DNA of 64,000 nucleotides from Eubacteriales bacterium. GTDB lineage: Bacteria > Bacillota > Clostridia > Oscillospirales > CAG-272. Of this stretch, positions 18,115 to 26,818 are shown piece by piece. Under the pieces are notes generated by a model. That model had not been told where the DNA came from, did no database searches, and saw only the letters and a list, made by a program, of their open reading frames with translations. Position 1 is the first letter of the stretch, and every line of letters starts with the position of its first letter. Where the stretch lies: assembly GCA_045540175.1 (NCBI GenBank), contig JAZQGU010000070.1:41412-105411 (forward strand), in the 5' to 3' direction. The position numbers were made by a program, and so were the translations under genes.

Positions 18115-19092
18115 ATGAAAACCCATGCAAAAATTATTTCTCTCGTAATAGCAATTTCGATGCTTGTTCTCGCTTTTGCTTCCTGCACTCCAAAAAAAGA
18201 TAGCGGTAAAGGCGAAAGCTACACCCTCTCCGTCGGAACCATCAAGGGCCCGACCGGAATGGGAATGGCTAAAATAATCAACGACAATAAGACCAAAAAA
18301 GAATACGATTTCGAGCTTTTCAACGACGCGACCGCGATCTCCGCAAAGCTTATCGGTCAGCAGCTTGACATTGCCGCTGTTCCCGTTAATCTCGCAGCTG
18401 TTGTAAACAAGAAAACCGAGGGCGCGTACCTCGTTGCCGCTATAAACACTCTCGGCGTTCTCTATATTATGGAAAACGGAAATACAGTCAATGCGGTTAC
18501 GGATCTGAGCGGAAAAACGATACACGCATACGGCCAGGGCGCAACTCCCGAATATATGCTTTCTTATATTCTCGAAATGAACGGCGTTAAGGATTCCGTT
18601 ACCGTTAAGTGGTACAGCACACCTGCCGAGCTTGCCACTCTTGCCGCTGAAAATAAGGTCGATCTCATTATGCTCCCCGAGCCTCAGATCACCGCTTCTC
18701 TTAACAAAAACGCTAACCTCAGTGTTGCGCTCGACATCACCGCTGAATGGGGCAAGGTCAGCAGTAGAAAGGCTGTTCAGGGCTGTATCGTAGTTAAGAA
18801 AGAGGTTGCCGAAAAGCATCCCGAGGCTGTAAAAGCATTCCTCGATGACTATAAGGCTTCCGTTGATTTCGTTAACAATAATACTGCAGAGGCTTCGGTT
18901 ATAATTGCAGAAAACGGAATTATTCCCGCGGCTCCCGTTGCGGCTCTCGCAATTCCGAGATGCAATATCGTATTCATCGAGGGCGATGAGATGATCTCCT
19001 ATCTTAGCGCATTCTTCAAGATACTGTTCGATGCAAATCCCGCTTCCGTCGGAGGAACGATGCCCAATGAGTCGATCTACTACAAGAGGTAA
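18115..19092 (+). CDS. ABC transporter substrate-binding lipoprotein (NitT/TauT, NMT1-like family)
   Basis: Lipobox is LAFASC. The body looks like the periplasmic-binding fold of aliphatic sulfonate/HMP-type binding proteins. It is followed by a matching permease and ATPase. Confidence 0.7.
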   Translation: MKTHAKIISLVIAISMLVLAFASCTPKKDSGKGESYTLSVGTIKGPTGMGMAKIINDNKTKKEYDFELFNDATAISAKLIGQQLDIAAVPVNLAAVVNKKTEGAYLVAAINTLGVLYIMENGNTVNAVTDLSGKTIHAYGQGATPEYMLSYILEMNGVKDSVTVKWYSTPAELATLAAENKVDLIMLPEPQITASLNKNANLSVALDITAEWGKVSSRKAVQGCIVVKKEVAEKHPEAVKAFLDDYKASVDFVNNNTAEASVIIAENGIIPAAPVAALAIPRCNIVFIEGDEMISYLSAFFKILFDANPASVGGTMPNESIYYKR

Positions 19093-19852
19093 TAAGGTCA
19101 AAAAAATCATATACGTTCTTATCAGCGCCGTCTTTTGGACGGCGCTTTGGGATTTTGCCTCGTACAAGGTCGGAATGAAGTACGTTCTTCCCTCTCCTGC
19201 CGTGACCTTTTCAAGACTCTTTGAGCTAATGAAGGAGCCTGCCTTTTACGAGAATGCGGGAAATTCTCTATTAGGTATTTTCAAGGGATTCGTTGGCGGA
19301 GCATTTATCGGAACGGTTCTCGGTGCGCTCAGCGCCTTTATCAAGGGAGCAGACGTGCTGTTTTCTCCCATAAATACCGTCATCAAGGCAACTCCCGTTG
19401 CTTCCTTTATCATTCTTGCGTTTATATGGATGGAAAACGAGGACATTCCGATACTTATTTCGATACTTATGATAACTCCAATCGTCTGGAGCGCACTGAA
19501 AAATGCTCTTCAGAACGTGGATCCCGAGCTCATCGAAATGGCTGAGGCATACAAGATCCCAAAGATACGCAGGATCACTTCGCTTTACATTCCTTCGGTG
19601 CTTCCGCCGTATCTGACGTCTTTGGTTACCGCCATGGGTCTCGGATGGAAAGCCGCTATTGCGGCAGAGGTGCTTTGCGGTACTGACAAGACACTCGGAA
19701 ACAGCTTACTTCAGGCAAAGATCTATCTTGAGACTGTCGATATGTTTGCATATACTGTCGCTATAATTGCTCTCAGCCTGATAATGGAAACGTTTTTCCG
19801 AGCTTTAGTTAACGCAATTACCAAGAGGGAGGCACGAAATGATAAGACTTGA
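19067..19852 (+). CDS. ABC transporter permease (NitT/TauT family)
   Basis: Polytopic protein with an EAA-like loop (EMAEAYKIPKIRRITSLYIPSVLP). The start is uncertain; ATG 19067 overlaps the end of the upstream gene. Confidence 0.75.
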   Translation: MSRSTTRGNKVKKIIYVLISAVFWTALWDFASYKVGMKYVLPSPAVTFSRLFELMKEPAFYENAGNSLLGIFKGFVGGAFIGTVLGALSAFIKGADVLFSPINTVIKATPVASFIILAFIWMENEDIPILISILMITPIVWSALKNALQNVDPELIEMAEAYKIPKIRRITSLYIPSVLPPYLTSLVTAMGLGWKAAIAAEVLCGTDKTLGNSLLQAKIYLETVDMFAYTVAIIALSLIMETFFRALVNAITKREARNDKT

Positions 19853-20441
19853 AAACGTAAAGAAATCTTTTTCGGGAAAAGCCGTATTTGAAATTCCGTC
19901 GTTTTCGCTTGACATAGGATTCACCTGCCTCAGCGGGGCTTCAGGCTGTGGAAAAACAACCCTCGGGCGGATAATTGCGGGGCTTGAAAAATTCGATAGC
20001 GGAAAAATTGACGGCGTTGTCGGCGCTCCGACGGTTCTCTTCCAGGAATCGAGACTTTTGCCGACCCTCACTGCTTTTGACAATATCAAGATCATCTGCC
20101 GCAAAGATGATGACAAGGAGCTGGCACGCAAGCTTCTCAGCCGTCTCGGATTCAATGACGATGATACGAAGAAGCTCCCGCACGAGCTTTCGGGCGGAAT
20201 GGCGCGACGGGTCGCAATAATCCGTGCCGTTGTTTTCGCGGTAGGCCAAGGGGGGAGCTTCGTCCTTCTTGACGAGCCGTTTACGGGGCTTGATCCGGAA
20301 ATGAGAGAGGTTGCTGCCGACATTCTCAAGGAGCATTTAAGCGGTAAAACCGTGCTTGTTATCACTCATGACTGCGAGGAATGCGAGCTTCTCGGCGGTA
20401 ACGGTGTGGAATTTTCTTCACTTTGTAAAGCAAACGGCTGA
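19839..20441 (+). CDS. ABC transporter ATP-binding protein (short, 200 aa)
   Basis: Walker A is GASGCGKTT, the signature is LSGGMARRV and Walker B is FVLLDEPFTGLD. Confidence 0.85.
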   Translation: MIRLENVKKSFSGKAVFEIPSFSLDIGFTCLSGASGCGKTTLGRIIAGLEKFDSGKIDGVVGAPTVLFQESRLLPTLTAFDNIKIICRKDDDKELARKLLSRLGFNDDDTKKLPHELSGGMARRVAIIRAVVFAVGQGGSFVLLDEPFTGLDPEMREVAADILKEHLSGKTVLVITHDCEECELLGGNGVEFSSLCKANG

Positions 20442-20479
20442 TTTGATATTGCACTTTTTTGTAAATCGTGATATAATAA

Positions 20480-20510
20480 TACCGAGGGACATCCCTCGGT
20501 ATTTTCTCTT
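20480..20510 (+). terminator. Intrinsic terminator after the ABC operon, overlapped by a promoter-like element
   Basis: TACCGAGGG-acat-CCCTCGGTA followed by TTTTCTCTTT. TTGCAC-17-TATAAT at 20449-20477 ends 2 nt before the stem. Confidence 0.7.
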
Positions 20511-20525
20511 TGAAAGGAAACCATT

Positions 20526-21278
20526 ATGAATTTTTCCGGCGTTCTTAACGGAATTGCGGACAGAATAAGCGGCGTTTATGCAAAATACAACTCTGCTATT
20601 ATTCTTGCAGGCGGTTCTTCAACGCGTATTGGCGGCAAAAAGACAAAACAGCTTGTTCCGATTCTCGGAGTTCCTACCGTCGTTCGCACCGTTTCTGTTT
20701 TTGAAAAATGCAAGTTCATAAACGAAATTATCATAGTCGCAAAAGACGACGAAATGGTTCTTTATGACGAATGGAAAAAGAAATACGGCTGGAAAAAGGT
20801 CTCAAAGATCGTCCTCGGCGGTTCTGACAGACAAGCTTCCGTTCTGAACGGTTTTAAGAGCATTTCGGATAAGTCGGAGTTCGTTTATATTCACGACGGT
20901 GCAAGATGCCTGATTACCGAAAAAATGATAAGAGACGTCGGTCACGCCGCCTGTATTCACGGTGCTGCGATCGCCGCACAAAAAGCTACAGATACCGTAA
21001 AGCTTAAGGACGGCAAAAAGCTTTCCACTCCCGACCGTGACAAGGTCTGGCTTGCTCAGACTCCCCAGGTATTTATGACGGAAATGTACCGTGCAGCAGC
21101 ATACACCGCAAAGAAAAACGGTACCGTCGCTACCGACGACGCCTCTTTGATAGAAGCACTCGGCTTCAGCGTTTTCCCCGTCGACTGCGGCAAGGAGAAT
21201 ATGAAGATCACCTCTCCCTGCGATTTTGCAATCGCTGAGGCGATACTGAAGTTCCGCGAAAGTGAGGAGAAAAAATGA
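20526..21278 (+). CDS. ispD: 2-C-methyl-D-erythritol 4-phosphate cytidylyltransferase
   Basis: [22 protein letters not shown] is followed by the IspD core. It is directly followed by and overlaps ispF. Confidence 0.9.
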   Translation: MNFSGVLNGIADRISGVYAKYNSAIILAGGSSTRIGGKKTKQLVPILGVPTVVRTVSVFEKCKFINEIIIVAKDDEMVLYDEWKKKYGWKKVSKIVLGGSDRQASVLNGFKSISDKSEFVYIHDGARCLITEKMIRDVGHAACIHGAAIAAQKATDTVKLKDGKKLSTPDRDKVWLAQTPQVFMTEMYRAAAYTAKKNGTVATDDASLIEALGFSVFPVDCGKENMKITSPCDFAIAEAILKFRESEEKK

Positions 21279-21766
21279 ATTTTTCCGATATTCGCATCGG
21301 TCACGGCTACGATGTTCATCGTCTGACGAATAACCGCGATCTCATAATCGGCGGAGTTAAAATACCTTATGAAAAGGGACTTCTCGGTCATTCCGATGCC
21401 GACGTGCTCGTCCACGCGATACTTGACGCGGTTCTCGGTGCTCTGTCCGAGGGTGATATCGGTCGGCATTTTCCCGATACCGACGATGCCTATAAGGGAA
21501 TAAACAGTATGATTCTTGCCGAAAACGTCGCTTCGCTTCTTAAGGGAAGGGGCTATGAGATCGGCAACATTGACGCCACAGTAATCGCACAGCGTCCTAA
21601 GCTTGCGCCTTATATTGACGAAATGAAGCACAATATTGCTTCTGTCTTTTCCGTTACTCCCGACAGAATCAATATCAAGGCTACAACGGAAGAAAAGCTC
21701 GGATTCACGGGAAGCGGTGAGGGAATCTCGGCTCACGCAGTTTGCCTTATAATAAAATCTGCCTGA
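21275..21766 (+). CDS. ispF: 2-C-methyl-D-erythritol 2,4-cyclodiphosphate synthase
   Basis: [24 protein letters not shown] and [11 protein letters not shown] are the IspF zinc and substrate motifs. Confidence 0.95.
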   Translation: MNFSDIRIGHGYDVHRLTNNRDLIIGGVKIPYEKGLLGHSDADVLVHAILDAVLGALSEGDIGRHFPDTDDAYKGINSMILAENVASLLKGRGYEIGNIDATVIAQRPKLAPYIDEMKHNIASVFSVTPDRINIKATTEEKLGFTGSGEGISAHAVCLIIKSA

Positions 21767-22029
21767 CAGCAAGACCATCAGGCAGTATATCAGACGGCTA
21801 CCGTCTTACGCTTCCCTTCACTTCCTTGATTTTCACTTCCTTTAAGACATTTGCCGTCTTATTATCTTCCCATTGGGAATGCAGACGGTTTTTGCGCCGT
21901 CCTTTACCATTTTATGTTTAATTTACGCCGCTGACACGGCGGTGTGCTTCTAACCGATTCCCCTTGGGTGGCTTTGTCACTCAAAATAAAAAATATAACT
22001 AAAACAAACTTGTTTTTTTGAGGTCAGCT

Positions 22030-22689
22030 ATGAAAAAAAATATTATCGTTTCTCCTTCGGTTCTCGCTTGTGACTACGCTTATGCCGCTGACAGCTTAAA
22101 GGCTGTCGTTGATGCAGGGGCACAGTATCTTCATCTTGACATTATGGACGGAGCTTTCGTTCCGAACCTTTCATTCGGCCCCGATTTCATAAAGGCGCTC
22201 CGCCCGCACTCAAAGGCGGTTTTTGATACTCACCTTATGATAAACGATCCTATTCGATTTATCGACGCTTTCGTTGATGCGGGTTCGGATATTATCACGA
22301 TCCATATCGAGAGCTGTGATAACGTAAGAGAGACGCTTGAGTACATCAAGAGCAAGGGGATCAAGTGCGGAGTCGTTATTAAACCCAAGACTCCTGTTTC
22401 GGCAGTCAAGGAATATTTGCCGCTTATTGATATGATACTCATTATGTCTGTCGAGCCGGGCTTCGGCGGTCAGTCCTTTATGACGAGTGCGCTTGACAAG
22501 CTTCGTGAAGCAAGAGAAATGATAGATAACTCCGGTTATGATATTGACCTCGAGGTTGACGGCGGTGTTAATCTTAAGAACGTCGCTTCCGTTATTGAGG
22601 CAGGAGCTAACGTGATCGTTGCCGGTTCTGCGGTCTTCCGCGCGCCCGATCCTTCTGCAGCTGTAAAGGCACTTAAGGGCGAACTTTGA
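22030..22689 (+). CDS. rpe: Ribulose-phosphate 3-epimerase
   Basis: VSPSVLACDY..., HLDIMDGAFVPNLSFG, DTHLM, MSVEPGFGGQSF and VDGG motifs. The start is at ATG 22030. Confidence 0.95.
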   Translation: MKKNIIVSPSVLACDYAYAADSLKAVVDAGAQYLHLDIMDGAFVPNLSFGPDFIKALRPHSKAVFDTHLMINDPIRFIDAFVDAGSDIITIHIESCDNVRETLEYIKSKGIKCGVVIKPKTPVSAVKEYLPLIDMILIMSVEPGFGGQSFMTSALDKLREAREMIDNSGYDIDLEVDGGVNLKNVASVIEAGANVIVAGSAVFRAPDPSAAVKALKGEL

Positions 22690-22849
22690 CAAAAAATGCA
22701 CTCGGATTGCTCTTTCTGTAGCAAAAAACGGGCGCATTTTAGCAAAGTGATTCAAATTTTATCTATTATTAACAAATTAGATATTGACATCTTAGCAAAT
22801 ATATGATAAGATACTTAAGGTGTAATTATATCACTAACCGAGGATTTTT

Positions 22850-23644
22850 ATGAACAGTACGAGAATCATTATGGTCACCTCCTGCAAGGGCGGCGTCGGC
22901 AAGTCTACCGTGTCGGCAAATCTTGCAATACGTCTCGCTCTCGACGGTTGGCGCACTCTGATAATCGACTGCGATTTCGGCGTGCGTTCCCTTGATCTCA
23001 TCATGGGTCTTGAGGACCGTGTAATTTTTGACATTACCGATATTATTCTTCACGGCATCGCGCCCGAAAAGGCTTTGATCCAGGACTCGCGCTCAGAGAA
23101 TCTGTATTTCTGTGCAGCGCCCTACGATTATGAGACCGACCTCGATCACGATCAGTTCAAAAAAGCTATTCGTGATATCGGTGAGAAGATGAACTTTGAT
23201 TTCATCATAATAGATACACCCGGAGATACGGGAAGCCCTCTCAAGCTTGCCGCAGCAGCGTCCGACGAGGCACTTATCGTTTCAACATATCAGCCCGCTT
23301 CCATCCGTGCGGCTGAGCGCACCGGTATCCTCCTTGAGGAATCGGGAGTCAAAAACAAAAAACTGATAATAAACTGCTTCCACGCTGACGGAAAGGAGTT
23401 TAACGGTCAACCGGGTCTTCTTGAGGTTATCGACAAGACCTCGATTCAGCTTATCGGAATCGTGCCGTTTGAAAGCCGTTTGTCCGACAAGCAGGCACAG
23501 GGCGAGGATGTATTCACTATTCCCTCCTGCAACGCCGCAGAAGCATTTACAAATATAGCCATCCGCCTTACCGGCAGAACGGTTCCTCTCTTTACAGGCT
23601 TCAGAAAAATCAAGAGAGCAGAGTTAATCAAAAAAATTCAGTAA
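22850..23644 (+). CDS. minD: MinD-type ParA-family ATPase (septum site-determining protein MinD homolog)
   Basis: Deviant Walker A is TSCKGGVGKST. The MinD-like block IIDCDFGVRSLDLIMGLEDRV and IIIDTPG are present. The basic, possibly amphipathic C-terminus is FRKIKRAELIKKIQ. No minC or minE is adjacent. Confidence 0.75.
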   Translation: MNSTRIIMVTSCKGGVGKSTVSANLAIRLALDGWRTLIIDCDFGVRSLDLIMGLEDRVIFDITDIILHGIAPEKALIQDSRSENLYFCAAPYDYETDLDHDQFKKAIRDIGEKMNFDFIIIDTPGDTGSPLKLAAAASDEALIVSTYQPASIRAAERTGILLEESGVKNKKLIINCFHADGKEFNGQPGLLEVIDKTSIQLIGIVPFESRLSDKQAQGEDVFTIPSCNAAEAFTNIAIRLTGRTVPLFTGFRKIKRAELIKKIQ

Positions 23645-23670
23645 CAGACGTTAGAAAGGACGGTTACAAT

Positions 23671-24117
23671 ATGGAAATAGCCATCATCGCAGGTGAAAGC
23701 AAAAAGGAGCTTATGGCTCAATTTTGTATCGCGTATTGCGGAATTCTTGCAAATCATCATCTCTGCGCTACCGGCACGACACACAAGCATATCACCGAGG
23801 CAACCGGACTTCGTATGGAAAAACTCCTTGATGGAGCGCACGGAGGTGTTGAGCAGATCACAACACGCGTTGCATACGACGAGATAGACCTTGTTCTCTT
23901 CTTCCGCGATTACGCAGAGACAGATCTTCACGCTGAAAGAAACAGCCTCAATCTTCTCAAGCTTTGCGACATTCACAACGTCCCCGTTGCGACCAATATT
24001 GCTACCGCCGAGATCCTCGTGCGCGCTCTTGACCGCGGTGACATTGACTGGAGAGAGATTGTAAATCCCCGTTCCGAATACAACCTTCGCAAAAAGAATC
24101 AGAACTTTTTAAGATAA
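23671..24117 (+). CDS. Methylglyoxal synthase-like (MGS fold) protein lacking several catalytic residues
   Basis: Aligns without gaps to MgsA as I recall it (IALIAHDKKK.., ATGTTG, GPLGGDQQIGA, RDPL..PHEPDV). This protein has IAIIAGESKK, ATGTTH, GAHGGVEQITT and RDYAETDLHAERN. Confidence 0.7.
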   Translation: MEIAIIAGESKKELMAQFCIAYCGILANHHLCATGTTHKHITEATGLRMEKLLDGAHGGVEQITTRVAYDEIDLVLFFRDYAETDLHAERNSLNLLKLCDIHNVPVATNIATAEILVRALDRGDIDWREIVNPRSEYNLRKKNQNFLR

Positions 24118-24167
24118 TTCAAAATGTCTCGGTGCCTTAATGCCCCGAGACATTTTTAGGAGAAAAT

Positions 24168-24521
24168 ATGACTATACACGGCATATACAATTATTGCAAG
24201 ACCCATTTGCTTGTTGAGTTAACTCTCGATATGACGCCCGATGAGATCGACTGGTTCGGTTTTTCGGTACCTGAGGAGGGTGTTGACGAATTCGACCGAA
24301 TAGTTCCCCACATGGAGCAATACCTGACAGAGGACGGAACCGATAAGCTTTGCGATGCCTGGGACGAGCCCGAGGAGCAGTATTCTCCGACGAGAGTTGC
24401 GTTTTTTATAAGAAAGAGCAATGCGGGAATACTTGAAACGCCTTACGGTGATATTGACATTTCCAATCCGCAGAAGGCACCAGACAGGTTAAGAGAGATC
24501 ATCGAATTTGAAAAGGAATAA
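24168..24521 (+). CDS. Hypothetical acidic protein (117 aa)
   Basis: The ORF has a GGAGA RBS and its own terminator. I recognise no motif. Confidence 0.5.
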   Translation: MTIHGIYNYCKTHLLVELTLDMTPDEIDWFGFSVPEEGVDEFDRIVPHMEQYLTEDGTDKLCDAWDEPEEQYSPTRVAFFIRKSNAGILETPYGDIDISNPQKAPDRLREIIEFEKE

Positions 24522-24522
24522 T

Positions 24523-24556
24523 AAAAAACGCTGAAGAAACCTTCAGCGTTTTTGTT
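24523..24556. terminator. Bidirectional hairpin terminator
   Basis: AACGCTGAAG-aaac-CTTCAGCGTT, flanked by an A-tract and a T-tract. Confidence 0.85.
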
Positions 24557-25507
24557 TTAGTGAGTTATTGCCGCGGCACCGATTATGCCTGCGTCGTTGC
24601 CAAGCTCTGCTATGCAGATCTTTGTTTTGAGCTCACAGCCCGCGGTATACTGATCTCTTTCAGCAATTTCGATTACGGGGTCAAGAAGATAATGACCTTC
24701 GTTTGCGACACCGCCGCCGATACAGAGAATATTCGGCTGGAATATATTAATGATATTCGTAATTCCGCAAGCGAGGTAGCTTATGTATTTATCAACAACT
24801 TCCTTGCCTGCCTTATCTCCCTGCTTCATTGCCGCGAAGGGAGTGCGGGCACTTGCCTTGTTTATGTCGCCGCCGACAAGATCCCACATTATGGTATCCT
24901 TGGTCTCTGCGAGCTTTTCTCTAGTCATTTTAGATAGACCGGTAGCAGATGAATAGGTTTCCCAACAGCCCTTACGTCCGCAGGTGCACTGCCAACCGTC
25001 GTGTTCGATAACCATATGACCGATCTCGCCGCCCGCGTGGTTAAATCCGCCGAAAATCTTGCCGTTAATGATAATTCCGCTTCCAACGCCTGTGCCGAGC
25101 GTTACCATTATAGCGGTTTCCGCACCCTTTGCAGCGCCGCCCATTGCTTCGCCGAGTGCTGCCGCGTTTGCATCGTTGTCAATGTAAATTTTTTCGATTG
25201 GGAGATACTTATGGAGCACATCCACGATCGGATAATTATACATTTTTATATTATTCGAGGAAATAACGACGCCGTTTACGGGGTCTATCGAGCCGGGAGA
25301 ACCGATTCCCGCGTGCGCGATCTCCGAAACGTCAATACCCGTTTCTTCGAGAAGCTTGAGAGAAAGCGATGCGATATCCTTTACAACTTCCTCAAGGTCA
25401 CGGTCGGAAAGAGTCGGAGTGCTTCCCTTTTTGACTATCTTATAGTTTTCGTCTACAATTCCGACAGCAATATTGGTACCGCCGAGATCTATGCCAAGAT
25501 AATACAT
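24557..25507 (-). CDS. glcK: ROK family glucokinase
   Basis: MYYLGIDLGGTNIAVGIV. The ROK zinc motif is GHMVIEHDGWQCTCGRKGCWE. Confidence 0.9.
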   Translation of the reverse strand: MYYLGIDLGGTNIAVGIVDENYKIVKKGSTPTLSDRDLEEVVKDIASLSLKLLEETGIDVSEIAHAGIGSPGSIDPVNGVVISSNNIKMYNYPIVDVLHKYLPIEKIYIDNDANAAALGEAMGGAAKGAETAIMVTLGTGVGSGIIINGKIFGGFNHAGGEIGHMVIEHDGWQCTCGRKGCWETYSSATGLSKMTREKLAETKDTIMWDLVGGDINKASARTPFAAMKQGDKAGKEVVDKYISYLACGITNIINIFQPNILCIGGGVANEGHYLLDPVIEIAERDQYTAGCELKTKICIAELGNDAGIIGAAAITH

Positions 25508-25522
25508 ATTGATATATCCTTA

Positions 25523-26044
25523 TTACTTATTCTTAAGAAGATCGCGGATCTCAGAGAGGAGCTCTTCCTGCTTAAGAACACTTGCATCAAGCTGTGCCTG
25601 CTTAGCTGCGAGTGCGTCTGCAGCTTCCTTAGCCTTTGCGTCTGCTTCTGCCTTCTTAGCCGCTTCCTCAGCGAGCTTCTTAGCTTCAAGGCGCGATCTG
25701 CCGCGTGCAATAATTGTAATTACCACGAAAATGCAGAGAGCGGTGATAAGGAAGTCGATTATCGTCTGGAGCCAGGTTCCCCAAAGGATAGCAACCTCGG
25801 GGGTTGCGATCGTTTCGGTAGGAAGTCCAGTTTCAGCGTCGAGAACGTATGTTGCCTCGTGAATGATAGTCTTAAGAGAATCAAGGCTTCCCTGCTTTAC
25901 GAAGATACCGACGAAGGGGTTGATTATGTAATTTACAAGACCTGTTACGATCTTACCGAACGAGCCGCCGATTACAACACCGACTGCCATATCGATTACG
26001 TTGCCCTTGGATATAAACTTTTTGAATTCTTTGAAAAATTTCAT
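25523..26044 (-). CDS. mscL: Large-conductance mechanosensitive channel MscL, second copy (173 aa)
   Basis: MKFFKEFKKFISKGNVIDMAVGVVIGGSFG. The C-terminal motif is EELLSEIRDLLKNK. A long Ala/Lys/Glu linker is present. The start is at ATG 26044 behind GGAGG. Confidence 0.9.
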   Translation of the reverse strand: MKFFKEFKKFISKGNVIDMAVGVVIGGSFGKIVTGLVNYIINPFVGIFVKQGSLDSLKTIIHEATYVLDAETGLPTETIATPEVAILWGTWLQTIIDFLITALCIFVVITIIARGRSRLEAKKLAEEAAKKAEADAKAKEAADALAAKQAQLDASVLKQEELLSEIRDLLKNK

Positions 26045-26130
26045 TTGAATGTCCTCCAAAAATTTGTTTTCTATAAAGTTATTATATCTCAACCGTTACA
26101 TATTTGTCAATACATAACGGTTCAAATACG

Positions 26131-26817
26131 TTATTTTTGACCTTTTTCGAGCTCGAGAACGTCTGTATGGAGAAATGCGTTTGCCGCGAGAGTGCTTGAC
26201 ATCGGGATATATTTCTCATATCCGCATTTCTTACAGAATATATGCACGCAATCTCCCTTGAATTCAAAGTCGCATTCCGGCTCACCGTCCTCGCAGCCGC
26301 ACTTTATATCGCCGTCCTCTCGGAGCTCTGCAAGCATGAAGCGCACGACGTCCTCGATCTGCGCGTAATCGAGACGGTATTCCTCGTCGACGTTATCCTC
26401 GCCGTCGACTGAATTTTTACCCTTCATAAAGGCTTCAAGATCGTCAAATCCCGCTTCCTCGAGCAGCTCGATAAGGTGAAGATCAGATTCCTTTGCAGCT
26501 TCAATGACCTTATCCTTTTCGCCTATAAAGCAGGTGTCAAGGCCTGAATAGGTGCAATTAAGAGCAAGTATTTCACGGTCGAAGAACGCGCCGGACGTTA
26601 ATAAATAGCTATGCGGATTCGGGCAGAAAAGGCACGGAACGGTTATACGGAGCTTATCGTCGCCCGTATACGTAATCTTAAGCTCTGAACCGCCGCAGTC
26701 GCATTTCAGCTTGATAAGGTCGCCCGACAGCGTGAATATTCCGACTATTCCGAAAATGAATTTTCCGCAGGTCGGACAGCGGTATGCTATTGTCGTTTCT
26801 TTTGAGTTGAGTATCAT
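26131..26817 (-). CDS. Hypothetical Cys-rich (multi zinc-ribbon) protein
   Basis: 228 aa. Cys motifs are CPTCGK...CDCGG, CLFCPNPH, and CGCEDGEPECD...CVHIFCKKCGYE, with an acidic central region. It lies 1 nt downstream of the preceding ORF. Confidence 0.55.
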   Translation of the reverse strand: MILNSKETTIAYRCPTCGKFIFGIVGIFTLSGDLIKLKCDCGGSELKITYTGDDKLRITVPCLFCPNPHSYLLTSGAFFDREILALNCTYSGLDTCFIGEKDKVIEAAKESDLHLIELLEEAGFDDLEAFMKGKNSVDGEDNVDEEYRLDYAQIEDVVRFMLAELREDGDIKCGCEDGEPECDFEFKGDCVHIFCKKCGYEKYIPMSSTLAANAFLHTDVLELEKGQK

Positions 26818-26818
26818 T

